Origin: Obrimoposthia wandeli
Taxonomy: Eukaryota
Assembly: GCA_977020255.1 (NCBI GenBank)
Contig: CDROCS010001209.1
Coordinates: 124,001 to 188,000, forward strand
Reading direction: 5' to 3'
Length of the DNA: 64,000 nucleotides
Shown here: piece after piece, positions 45,875 to 54,238 of the stretch
Layout of the letters: the number at the start of each line of letters is the position of its first letter
How positions within the stretch are numbered: the stretch's first letter is position 1
Notes under the pieces: generated by a model
What the model was told of the DNA's origin: nothing
Databases searched by the model: none
What the model saw: the letters and a program-made list of their open reading frames with translations, nothing else
Program-made: the position numbers and the translations under genes

Positions 45875-45890
45875 TCACGTATAGATGCCT
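45875..45890. promoter_or_regulatory. Candidate tandem MetJ boxes upstream of the NhaC-family transporter
   Basis: TCACGTAT-AGATGCCT (5/8 and 6/8 to AGACGTCT); a second pair AAAAGTCT-AGAAGTTA at 45822-45837. Confidence 0.4.
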
Positions 45891-45977
45891 ATTAGAAGAC
45901 TTTTAGTTTGATGTTTTATTCTATAGATGGAAGTTTTAGTCTATAGCAAATTCTAAAATAGATGTCCTGTAGTCATC

Positions 45978-47333
45978 ATGTCGAACACAACACAACAATC
46001 TACCATTAAGCCATCAGCACTTGCATTGCTGCCTTTAGGTGTATTTCTAGCCCTCTTTATTGGTGTTGGAACTTACTTAACCATGCAAGGTGTCGATTTT
46101 GCCTTTTACCAGTTACCTGCACCTGTTGCAGCATTACCTGCGATCGTTATTGCGTTGCTATTGAGCAAAGAAAAATTAAATAAAGCCATCGAGCAGTTTT
46201 TACGTGGTGTCGGTCATAGCGATATCATTGCGATGTGCATGATTTATCTACTCGCGGGTGCATTTGCCGCTGTTGCTAAGGCTACAGGGGGCGTCGATGC
46301 GACCGTTAATCTTGGTCTTTCAATGATTCCTGCCAGTATGATTTTACCCGGTATCTTTGTGATATCCGCTTTCATCGCAACAGCAATGGGTACTTCAATG
46401 GGTACGATTGCGGCAGTTGCGCCTGTGGCATTGGGGTTAGCTCAAGCAGCAGGAATGGATGTCGCGCTAACGGCTGGTGTGGTACTGAGTGGTGCGATGT
46501 TTGGTGATAACTTATCGATTATTTCTGATACAACTATTGCTTCTACCCGTTCGCAGGGTTGTCAGATGAAAGACAAGTTCCGCGAAAATATTCGTATTGC
46601 TTTACCTGCTGCAATTGTCGCTATGTTGGTGTTCGCATTTAGTAGCACTGTTACTGAAGTACCCGCAGCGAATGATATTGAATGGCTAAAAGTATTGCCT
46701 TACATCACGATTTTGGTTTTGGCGGTATCGGGTCTAAATGTGTTCGTGGTGCTGGGTATCGGTATCTTGTTAGCGGGTGGAATTGGTCTTGTGTCGGTTG
46801 ATGACTATAGCTTATCGACGTACGCAAAAGACATTTATGCTGGCTTCGGCAATATGCAAGAAATCTTCTTACTGTCCATGCTTATTGGTGGTATCAGTGA
46901 GCTAATGCGCCAACAAGGTGGTTTAGCGTATTTAACGCAAATGATTAGCCGCATTATTCGAGTATTCAGTAAAGATCACTCTAAAGGACAAAACCTACGA
47001 GCAAGTGAATTTGGTATTGCGAGTTTGGTTGGTCTAACAAACGTTTGTACTGCTAATAACACGGTCGCGATTATTGTTTCAGGCGGAGTTGCACGTGAAC
47101 TAGCTGAAGAGAATGGTGTAACGCCTCGTCGTAGCGCAAGTTTGCTCGATATCTTCTCTTGTGTAGTTCAGGGTGTTCTACCTTACGGTGCCCAAGCGTT
47201 ATTATTGGGGTCGGTATTTGGTTTATCACCGCTTGAAGTGGTTAGCCACTCATATTATTGCTTCTTCTTAGCGATTGCTGCCGTTATTGCTGTTTTTTTG
47301 AAGCACCCTAACCGTCAATTAGCGAATGCTTAA
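45978..47333 (+). CDS. NhaC-family transporter (putative methionine transporter, MetT-like)
   Basis: AMGTSMGT, GAMFGDNLSIISDTTI, LPYGAQ; polytopic membrane protein. Confidence 0.8.
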   Translation: MSNTTQQSTIKPSALALLPLGVFLALFIGVGTYLTMQGVDFAFYQLPAPVAALPAIVIALLLSKEKLNKAIEQFLRGVGHSDIIAMCMIYLLAGAFAAVAKATGGVDATVNLGLSMIPASMILPGIFVISAFIATAMGTSMGTIAAVAPVALGLAQAAGMDVALTAGVVLSGAMFGDNLSIISDTTIASTRSQGCQMKDKFRENIRIALPAAIVAMLVFAFSSTVTEVPAANDIEWLKVLPYITILVLAVSGLNVFVVLGIGILLAGGIGLVSVDDYSLSTYAKDIYAGFGNMQEIFLLSMLIGGISELMRQQGGLAYLTQMISRIIRVFSKDHSKGQNLRASEFGIASLVGLTNVCTANNTVAIIVSGGVARELAEENGVTPRRSASLLDIFSCVVQGVLPYGAQALLLGSVFGLSPLEVVSHSYYCFFLAIAAVIAVFLKHPNRQLANA

Positions 47334-47386
47334 CGGTTAATGGTATTGCACCGTTTTCGTTAATTAACAGTATTTATATAAATATC

Positions 47387-47414
47387 AAAAGCTCTGCATT
47401 TGCGGAGCTTTTTT
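47387..47414 (+). terminator. Intrinsic terminator after the NhaC-family gene
   Basis: aaaagctctgc-attt-gcggagctttttt. Confidence 0.8.
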
Positions 47415-47611
47415 ATGCGTGTTGCGTATACTGCGTAAATTCTGCATTTATGTAAAGTGATCCACCCAACATATTGATGAAATGAATCCGCAACTGCTGA
47501 TGAATTAACTTAGACTGACGCAAGTTAAATTCTGCATGCCTTGTTAAAAATCAATAACAAGGGAGTGCAGGCAGTGGAATAAAATCAATAAAAACGATTA
47601 AGGTGGAAACC

Positions 47612-49285
47612 ATGAAGCAACGCCTATTTGCCAAAACAGCATTGAGCGCAGCTTTGCTTGCAGTACTTTCTGGTTGTGCAAGCCAAGCTGATATCACCTC
47701 ACCAGCATGGGATGCTGATAAAACATATAAAATCACTATTCTTCATACCAACGATCATCATGGTCGTTTCTGGCAAAATAAAAACGGTGAGTATGGAATG
47801 GCAGCGCGTAAAACGCTGTTAGATGAATTGCGCACGGAAGTGCAGGCTGAAGGCGGTACAGCATTGCTTCTATCTGGTGGTGATATAAACACCGGTGTAC
47901 CAGAATCTGATCTACAAGACGCAGAACCTGATTTTAAAGGCATGAATATGCTGGGTTATGATGCAATGGCATTAGGTAACCATGAATTTGATAACCCGCT
48001 TGAAGTATTGCGTAAGCAAGAAGCGTGGGCTGAATTCCCAATGCTATCTGCGAATATTTATGACAAAGAAACAGGTAAGCGTTTATTCCAGCCTTATCAA
48101 ATTTTTGAGCAGCAAGGGATTAAAATTGCAGTCATTGGTTTAACGACCGAAGATACGGCGAAAATTGGTAATCCAGAATATATTAGCGGCATTGATTTTC
48201 GTGATCCTAAAGCGGAAGCTAAAAAGATAATTGCTGAGCTAAAAGAAACAGAAAATCCAGATGTAATTATTGCTGCAACGCATATGGGCCATTATGAAAA
48301 TGGCAACCGTGGTGTGAATGCGCCTGGTGATGTAGCGTTAGCGCGCTATGTTGATGAAGGTGATTTGGACATGATTGTAGGCGGCCACTCGCAAGAGCCC
48401 GTTTGTATGGAAGGTCCAAATATGTACAACAAAAACTTCAAACCAGGTGAGGCTTGTCAGCCAGACCAACAAAATGGTACGTGGATTGTTCAAGCACACG
48501 AATGGGGTAAGTATGTTGGCCGTGCGGATTTTGAATTCCAGAACGGCGAACTGGAAATGGTTAGCTATAACCTGATCCCTGTTAACTTGAAGAAAAAAGT
48601 TAAGATGCCTGATGGCTCTAAAAAGCGTGTGTTTATTCAAGACGAAATCACTGAAGATCAAGCTGTACTGTCTTTCTTAACACCGTATCAAGAAAAAGGT
48701 CAGGATCAACTTAACATTAAAATTGCTAAGTCTAACGGCAAGTTAGAAGGCGATCGCAATGTTGTCCGCTTCAAGCAGACAAACCTTGGTCGTTTGATTG
48801 CAGCTTCTCACATGCAGCGCGCAAAAGCAGACTTTGCTGTCATGAACTCTGGCGGTGTGCGTGATTCTATAGAAGCTGGTGATATTACTTATAAAGATGT
48901 ACTAACGGTTCAACCATTTGGCAATATCGTGACATACACCGATATGACAGGTGCAGAAATTCTAGACTACTTAAATGTTGTGGCAACGAAGCCGATTGAT
49001 TCTGGTGCTTACGCGCAGTTTTACGGCATTTCTATGGTGGTAGAGCAGGGTAAAGTGCATGACGTTAAGATTGGTGCTAAAGCATTAGATCTTAACGCGA
49101 CATATCGTTTTACTATCCCTAGCTTTAATGCTGCTGGTGGTGATGGTTACCCGAAAATTGCTGACCATACTGGTTACGTGAATACTGGCTTTGTAGATGC
49201 AGAAGTCTTGAAAGAGTTCCTGCAAGCTAATAGCCCGATTGATGTAAACGCTTATGCACCAAAAGGTGAAATCGTTTATAAATAA
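47612..49285 (+). CDS. ushA: UDP-sugar hydrolase/5'-nucleotidase (lipoprotein)
   Basis: Lipobox LSGC; HTNDHHG, GDINTGVPESD, GNHEFD, GGHSQ. Confidence 0.95.
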   Translation: MKQRLFAKTALSAALLAVLSGCASQADITSPAWDADKTYKITILHTNDHHGRFWQNKNGEYGMAARKTLLDELRTEVQAEGGTALLLSGGDINTGVPESDLQDAEPDFKGMNMLGYDAMALGNHEFDNPLEVLRKQEAWAEFPMLSANIYDKETGKRLFQPYQIFEQQGIKIAVIGLTTEDTAKIGNPEYISGIDFRDPKAEAKKIIAELKETENPDVIIAATHMGHYENGNRGVNAPGDVALARYVDEGDLDMIVGGHSQEPVCMEGPNMYNKNFKPGEACQPDQQNGTWIVQAHEWGKYVGRADFEFQNGELEMVSYNLIPVNLKKKVKMPDGSKKRVFIQDEITEDQAVLSFLTPYQEKGQDQLNIKIAKSNGKLEGDRNVVRFKQTNLGRLIAASHMQRAKADFAVMNSGGVRDSIEAGDITYKDVLTVQPFGNIVTYTDMTGAEILDYLNVVATKPIDSGAYAQFYGISMVVEQGKVHDVKIGAKALDLNATYRFTIPSFNAAGGDGYPKIADHTGYVNTGFVDAEVLKEFLQANSPIDVNAYAPKGEIVYK

Positions 49286-49493
49286 ACGCTATACATATTA
49301 ATGAGAGCGGTATCCTATTGGCTTTTTACTACTATAAGTATTAAGCCGTAGGGTGCCGTTTTTTATATCTTACTGTCGTAATTGTTTGCCGTTGTGCTCA
49401 GAAAGAGCCGTTCTCTTTACTGGTGTTGGTTGGTGGTAAGGCATATAGTAAATGGCTTAAGCATCGTCATTCACCATGAGGGAGTCAGCGATA

Positions 49494-49994
49494 ATGACAC
49501 CAGCAATAAAGCTAGCCAAAAAGAGAGGGATTCACTTTAATGTTCATCAATATGAGCATGATCCTGCCAATACTAACTTTGGTCTAGAAGCTGCTGAAGT
49601 GTTAGGTCAAAACCCGAATCTTGTCTTCAAAACATTACTCTTTTCGCTTAATGGCGATCCAAAAAAATTGGCGGTAGCCATTGTTCCTGTGTCTGGCATG
49701 TTGGATTTAAAAGCAGCAGCAAAAGCGGCTGGTGGAAAGAAAGCTGAAATGGCTGATCCGCAGATTGCAGAGAAAACAACGGGCTATATCGTGGGTGGAA
49801 TTAGTCCATTAGGGCAAAAGAAGCGATTACCTACTTTTTTGGATTCATCAGCTCAGCTGTTAGAAACAATTTGTGTGAGCGCGGGGCGTCGCGGTTTAGA
49901 AATTGAACTCGCACCTAACGATTTATTGTCGTTAACGTCGGGTCAGTTTGCTTTGATTGCAAAGAGTAGCGAAAGAATCAATGAAGAGTCATAA
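49494..49994 (+). CDS. ybaK: Cys-tRNA(Pro) deacylase
   Basis: [31 protein letters not shown]. Confidence 0.95.
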   Translation: MTPAIKLAKKRGIHFNVHQYEHDPANTNFGLEAAEVLGQNPNLVFKTLLFSLNGDPKKLAVAIVPVSGMLDLKAAAKAAGGKKAEMADPQIAEKTTGYIVGGISPLGQKKRLPTFLDSSAQLLETICVSAGRRGLEIELAPNDLLSLTSGQFALIAKSSERINEES

Positions 49995-50925
49995 CCTCAA
50001 TTTATTGCGTACCTTACAAGTGTTGCTTGAAGAGTGTCATGTCAGTCGTACAGCAGAGCGTTTACATATTACCCAATCAGCAGTGAGTCGACAGTTAACC
50101 CAATTACGTGAAGTATTTAACGATACTTTGTTAATACGTGAGGGGAATCGTTTATTGCTGACACCACGTGCAGAAGCGTTAAAACTGAAGTTAGATCCCC
50201 TTTTGGCTGAGTGTAATAGGTTGTTTGAACCTGCCAGCTTTAAGCCCGAACACTGGCAGGGTAAAGTGGTGTTATCATCTTCTGATTATGTCGCGCAATA
50301 TATTCTTCCTGAAGTGGTTGAGCATTTACGCGAGCACGCTCCACTCGTTAGTGTCGCTTATCAATTGTGGTCACCCAAACAGTTTGAACAATTAGCCGAT
50401 CTCGATATTCAATTTGTCTCTACCATGCTATCCGCTATTCCTGATGGTTTATGCGGCGAACCGATTGGGGCTGATTATCCTGTGTGTGTGATGCGCTCTG
50501 ATCATCCTTTGGCCACTACGGATACACTGCAGTTAAATGATTTTTTGTATTACGATCATGCATCAGTAACGGGTGGGGGAGATAAAGACAGCTCTGTTGA
50601 TCAGTGCTTAGCGGAAAAAGGATTAAGTCGACGAGTTAAGTTTTCGGTGCCTTTTTTTACCTCAGCACTTAATACGATTTGTCGCTCTGATATGTTGTTG
50701 GTGATCCCTGAACATATAGCGGTGAACATGAAGCAACTCTTTCCTATCACCTATTTACCGCTTCCTATATCTGTGCCCGAGCATAAATATTGGTTACTTT
50801 GGCATCCTAAATATAATAATGAACCGTCTCATCAGTGGATGCGAACATTACTCTTAACCATTATGCGAAGCTCTATGTATTCAATGCCTATGATGAATAA
50901 TCATGAGGCTGATGAATTGTTTTGA
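49981..50925 (+). CDS. LysR family transcriptional regulator (start MKSHNL)
   Basis: N-terminal HTH ([19 protein letters not shown]); overlaps the ybaK 3' end by 14 bp. Confidence 0.92.
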   Translation: MKSHNLNLLRTLQVLLEECHVSRTAERLHITQSAVSRQLTQLREVFNDTLLIREGNRLLLTPRAEALKLKLDPLLAECNRLFEPASFKPEHWQGKVVLSSSDYVAQYILPEVVEHLREHAPLVSVAYQLWSPKQFEQLADLDIQFVSTMLSAIPDGLCGEPIGADYPVCVMRSDHPLATTDTLQLNDFLYYDHASVTGGGDKDSSVDQCLAEKGLSRRVKFSVPFFTSALNTICRSDMLLVIPEHIAVNMKQLFPITYLPLPISVPEHKYWLLWHPKYNNEPSHQWMRTLLLTIMRSSMYSMPMMNNHEADELF

Positions 50926-50980
50926 TTTCTAATTATGACCATTGCTTGCTATTTTATCGCCATGCACAAGGAGCAAAAGC

Positions 50981-51595
50981 ATGACACTCAGTATTTGGTT
51001 TTCACTATTAATGATTTGTATGTTGGGGGCGATGTCGCCGGGACCAAGTTTAGCGGTAGTGGCTAAACATAGCCTTGCGAGCGGAAGGCTACATGGAATT
51101 GTTACAGCGTGGGCGCATGCAATCGGTGTTGGTGTGTATGCATTATTCACTTTATTGGGTTTAGCGGTGGTATTAAAGCAATCACCCACTGTGTTTACAT
51201 TTATTTCTTATGCAGGGGCGGCTTATTTAGCTTATCTTGGGGTAAATGCCCTGCGCTCGAAAGGTGGTGTTGCGGCGAAACTCGCAGCGGGTAAAAAAGC
51301 ACGCTTACGTGAAGCGGCCCGTGATGGTTTGATGATTTCATTATTAAACCCCAAGCTGGCTTTATTCTTTTTAGCGCTATTTAGTCAGTTTGTTGCTGTT
51401 GGAACTGAAATAACCAGTCGCTCCATCATTGTAGCCACACCATTACTGGTTGATGGTTTATGGTATACCTTTATTGCTTTTGTATTATCGAACCCGAAAG
51501 TATTGGATAAGCTGCGTACTAAAGCACAATTGATCGATCAATTGTCAGGGGTTGTTCTTATTCTGTTAGCTATTCGAGTAGTTATTCAAGCGTAG
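50981..51595 (+). CDS. LysE/RhtB family exporter
   Basis: AMSPGPS, GAAYLAYLG, NPK; AAGGAG RBS. Confidence 0.92.
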   Translation: MTLSIWFSLLMICMLGAMSPGPSLAVVAKHSLASGRLHGIVTAWAHAIGVGVYALFTLLGLAVVLKQSPTVFTFISYAGAAYLAYLGVNALRSKGGVAAKLAAGKKARLREAARDGLMISLLNPKLALFFLALFSQFVAVGTEITSRSIIVATPLLVDGLWYTFIAFVLSNPKVLDKLRTKAQLIDQLSGVVLILLAIRVVIQA

Positions 51596-51635
51596 AGAGT
51601 AGCGAAAGGCAATTGAAGATATAAGCTTATACAGT

Positions 51636-51675
51636 AAAAAAGGCTTTCTGAAATATTACTCAGAAAGCCTTTTTT
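51636..51675. terminator. Bidirectional terminator between the LysE gene and smrA
   Basis: aaaaaggctttctga..tcagaaagcctttttt. Confidence 0.85.
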
Positions 51676-51699
51676 ATTGAATTCAGCCCTAACTTAAAC

Positions 51700-52281
51700 C
51701 TAACGTTGGCGTTTTTGATGCTTTTCGCGATTGTCGAGTTTTTTGGCTGGGCTTTTCTTTAGCATTACATACGTTGCCCCGTTACCGCCATGCTGCCGAA
51801 TTGCCGAGTGAAAACACATGATGTCAGATATTTGCTCTAACCATGTTGCGACATGACTCTTCATCATTGCTGGTGGTTCAGAACGCTCGCCCTTGCCATG
51901 AATGATAATGACAGTACGAATATCCATGCGTTGGCATTGTTTTAGAAATTGTAGAATTTCATCTCGTGCCTGTTTTAAGGTTTTACGATGAAGATCTAAG
52001 CGAGCTTGTATTTCGTATTTTCCAAGCCGTAGTTTTCTAAATACACCTTCCTGAACGCCATCACGTTTGAACTCAATAATATCTTCAGGCTTTCGCATTA
52101 TTACGTTATCAAGTGATAAATATTCAGGATCACTTTCAGTAAGGGTTTGAGCTGCTGTCTGACGTGCTAAATGTGTTTCTGTTATTTGGTATTTTTGAGT
52201 GATTTCAACTTGATCTTGTTCGAGTGGTGAAACATCGGCCATCATCTCTCGAAAGAGATCTAATTCATTGTTATCTGACAT
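51700..52281 (-). CDS. smrA: Smr-domain endonuclease SmrA
   Basis: LDLHRKT, IIHGKG, HGGNGA; RDGVQEGVFRKLRLGKY. Confidence 0.92.
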   Translation of the reverse strand: MSDNNELDLFREMMADVSPLEQDQVEITQKYQITETHLARQTAAQTLTESDPEYLSLDNVIMRKPEDIIEFKRDGVQEGVFRKLRLGKYEIQARLDLHRKTLKQARDEILQFLKQCQRMDIRTVIIIHGKGERSEPPAMMKSHVATWLEQISDIMCFHSAIRQHGGNGATYVMLKKSPAKKLDNREKHQKRQR

Positions 52282-52313
52282 GATGCTTTGGCGTTAAGGG
52301 GTGATGAAATGAT

Positions 52314-52579
52314 TATACCCAAGTCACCTCAAGATGCTCGTTTCAGCGAGAATTTATTGGGCTCTAAGCAAGGCGCTAATTTATAGACCTAGTGGTTCTA
52401 CGTTGAAAATTAGCAACGCCGTATAGAGTCCAATAAAATTCGCCCTTCGGGAGTGACTCAACGTGTCTACTTCTGTGTCAAATATGTTTGAAAGGGAGTG
52501 CCATTTCTACACATATTTTCCTTGAATTAAACACGTTGAGGCCACTCTGAATCCTGCATTTTGAGGTGACTTGGGTATA
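52314..52579. mobile_element. 266-bp ERIC-like miniature inverted-repeat element (MITE)
   Basis: 24-bp TIRs, 23/24 match (tatacccaagtcacctcaagatgc / gcattttgaggtgacttgggtata); TA ends; two long internal hairpin arms; no ORF. Confidence 0.85.
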
Positions 52580-52674
52580 TACGAGGCAATCTGGGAAGTA
52601 TAAAGATAAAATAAACCCAGGATCAATACCGACAAGTTGATCCTGGCGCAAGTAAAATATTTTGCGAAATGGCT

Positions 52675-52815
52675 CTAGTGAGGAGAGGGTGCTGACAACA
52701 CTTTGTAAACAAAGTAGCCGCCAAAAAATAGCATTAAACCCAACGTAATAAAGATAACGATCATTGAAGAGAGCCCTATAGCGTTACCAAATAGAAGATC
52801 CAGCCAAAAATCCAT
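52675..52815 (-). CDS. 46-aa single-pass membrane protein (DUF3149-like), not in ORF track
   Basis: MDFWLDLLFGNAIGLSSMIVIFITLGLMLFFGGYFVYKVLSAPSPH; AAGGA RBS; downstream hairpin ccaggatcaa..ttgatcctgg at 52617-52646. Confidence 0.85.
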   Translation of the reverse strand: MDFWLDLLFGNAIGLSSMIVIFITLGLMLFFGGYFVYKVLSAPSPH

Positions 52816-53017
52816 GTGCTTTCCTTAAAGTCGTGGGTTAGTGGCTACAAGATAATCAATGAATGAAAACGTTATGATGATTTGGATCAATGGTTGGTAA
52901 GATGTTTAATTTGTGTTTTTAATGATGTGTTTTAGATCACTTAAGTAACGCTGTTTCCTCTAGTTGTGTGATTGATGAGCAACTGAATCTAGAATTTAAA
53001 AAAATGGCTTGTAAAAC

Positions 53018-53053
53018 TTGCTTAATATTCAGTGCTGAGTATTATAGGCGACC
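53018..53053 (+). promoter_or_regulatory. Probable sigma70 promoter of the tRNA-Pro array
   Basis: TTGCTT (53018-53023), 16-bp spacer, TATTAT (53040-53045), then aggcgacc; AT-rich upstream. Confidence 0.6.
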
Positions 53054-53078
53054 TCAACAGCACTCCTGTTGATTATGT

Positions 53079-53177
53079 CGGTGAATAGTAGAGCTTGGTA
53101 GCGCATCCTGATTTTAGGTATAGCGGACCAGAGGGACGGGGGTAAACCTTTACCTTGTTTAGCCTCTTCACTGATAA
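53079..53177 (+). ncRNA. tRNA-Pro-derived 99-nt element (type B), ends ATAA instead of ACCA
   Basis: Pro acceptor and D-loop sequence retained; anticodon region cctgattttaggtatagcgg; T loop aaacctttaccttgtttag. Confidence 0.75.
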
Positions 53178-53241
53178 CTATTATTTCTATTGGATGTAAG
53201 TCGGATAGAATCAATCTGGTAAGATTTAAAATATACAATGT

Positions 53242-53258
53242 CGGTGAATAGCGCAGCT

Positions 53259-53291
<33 letters not shown>

Positions 53292-53318
53292 GGGGTTCGA
53301 ATCCCTCTTCACCGACCA
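53242..53318 (+). tRNA. tRNA-Pro(TGG), canonical
   Basis: CGGTGAA..TCTGG-TTTGGGA-CCAGA..GGGGG-TTCGAAT-CCCTC-TTCACCG-ACCA, 77 nt. Confidence 0.97.
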
Positions 53319-53382
53319 CTATTATTTCTATTGGATGTAAGTCGAATAGAATCAATCTGGTAAGATTTAAAATATACAATGT

Positions 53383-53481
53383 CGGTGAATAGTAGAGCTT
53401 GGTAGCGCATCCTGACTTTAGGTATAGCGGACCAGAGGGTCGGGGGTAAACCTTTACCTTGTTTAGCCTCTTCACTGATAA
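53383..53481 (+). ncRNA. tRNA-Pro-derived 99-nt element (type B)
   Basis: As 53079-53177 but with cctgactttagg. Confidence 0.75.
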
Positions 53482-53545
53482 TTATTATTTCTATTGGATG
53501 TAAGTCGAATAGAATCAATCTGGTAAGATTTAAAATATACGATGT

Positions 53546-53644
53546 CGGTGAATAGTAGAGCTTGGTAGCGCATCCTGACTTTAGGTATAGCGGACCAGAG
53601 GGTCGGGGGTAAACCTTTACCTTGTTTAGCCTCTTCACTGATAA
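53546..53644 (+). ncRNA. tRNA-Pro-derived 99-nt element (type B)
   Basis: Same body as 53383-53481. Confidence 0.75.
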
Positions 53645-53708
53645 TTATTATTTCTATTGGATGTAAGTCGGATAGAATCAATCTGGTAAGATTTAAAATA
53701 TACAATGT

Positions 53709-53725
53709 CGGTGAATAGCGCAGCT

Positions 53726-53758
<33 letters not shown>

Positions 53759-53785
53759 GGGGTTCGAATCCCTCTTCACCGACCA
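53709..53785 (+). tRNA. tRNA-Pro(TGG), canonical
   Basis: Same sequence as 53242-53318. Confidence 0.97.
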
Positions 53786-53849
53786 CTATTATTTCTATTG
53801 GACGCAAGTTGGATAGAATGAATCTGGTAAGATTTAAAATATACAATGT

Positions 53850-53866
53850 CGGTGAATAGCGCAGCT

Positions 53867-53899
<33 letters not shown>

Positions 53900-53926
53900 G
53901 GGGTTCGAATCCCTCTTCACCGACCA
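53850..53926 (+). tRNA. tRNA-Pro(TGG), canonical
   Basis: Same sequence as 53242-53318. Confidence 0.97.
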
Positions 53927-53990
53927 CTATTATTTCTATTAGATGTAAGTCGAATAGAATCAATCTGGTAAGATTCAAAATATACAATAT

Positions 53991-54089
53991 TGGTGAATAG
54001 TAGAGCTTGGTAGCGCATCCTGATTTTAGGTATAGCGGACCAGAGGGTCGGGGGTAAACCTTTACCTTATTTAGCCTCTTCACCGACCA
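53991..54089 (+). ncRNA. tRNA-Pro-derived 99-nt element (type B body) with intact CACCG-ACCA 3' end
   Basis: Type B inserts, U1 instead of C1, canonical 3' acceptor strand and CCA. Confidence 0.75.
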
Positions 54090-54153
54090 CTATTATTTTT
54101 ATTGGACGCAAGTCGAATAGAATCAATCTGGTAAGATTCAAAATATACAATGT

Positions 54154-54232
54154 CGGTGAATAGCGCAGCTTGGTAGCGTTATCTTGCTAAAATCAGAGAG
54201 GGTCGGGGGTTCGAATCCCTCTTCACCGACCA
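54154..54232 (+). ncRNA. tRNA-Pro-derived 79-nt element (type C) with replaced anticodon arm
   Basis: Near-canonical D arm, canonical T arm, acceptor and CCA; anticodon region ttatcttgctaaaatcagaga. Confidence 0.75.
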
Positions 54233-54238
54233 CTTTCG

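Noticed and set aside
53029-54083. ORFs of 109-203 aa on the minus strand over the tRNA-Pro array
   Set aside because: They are antisense translations of the repeats; peptide repeats follow the 141/163-bp periods and there is no protein-family signal.
54180-54200. Type C unit as an amber suppressor (CTA triplet in the loop)
   Set aside because: Placing CTA at 34-36 gives G33 instead of the invariant U33, and the flanking bases do not form a stem.
53079-54232. Possible CRISPR array
   Set aside because: The spacers are near-identical rather than unique, the repeats are tRNA bodies, and there are no cas genes in the window.
49494-54232. ybaK (Cys-tRNA(Pro) deacylase) and smrA as dedicated partners of the tRNA-Pro variants
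   Set aside because: ybaK lies in the ushA-ybaK-ybaP-copA order also found in E. coli, so proximity is probably ancestral; no sequence evidence links them to the array. Kept only as a hypothesis.
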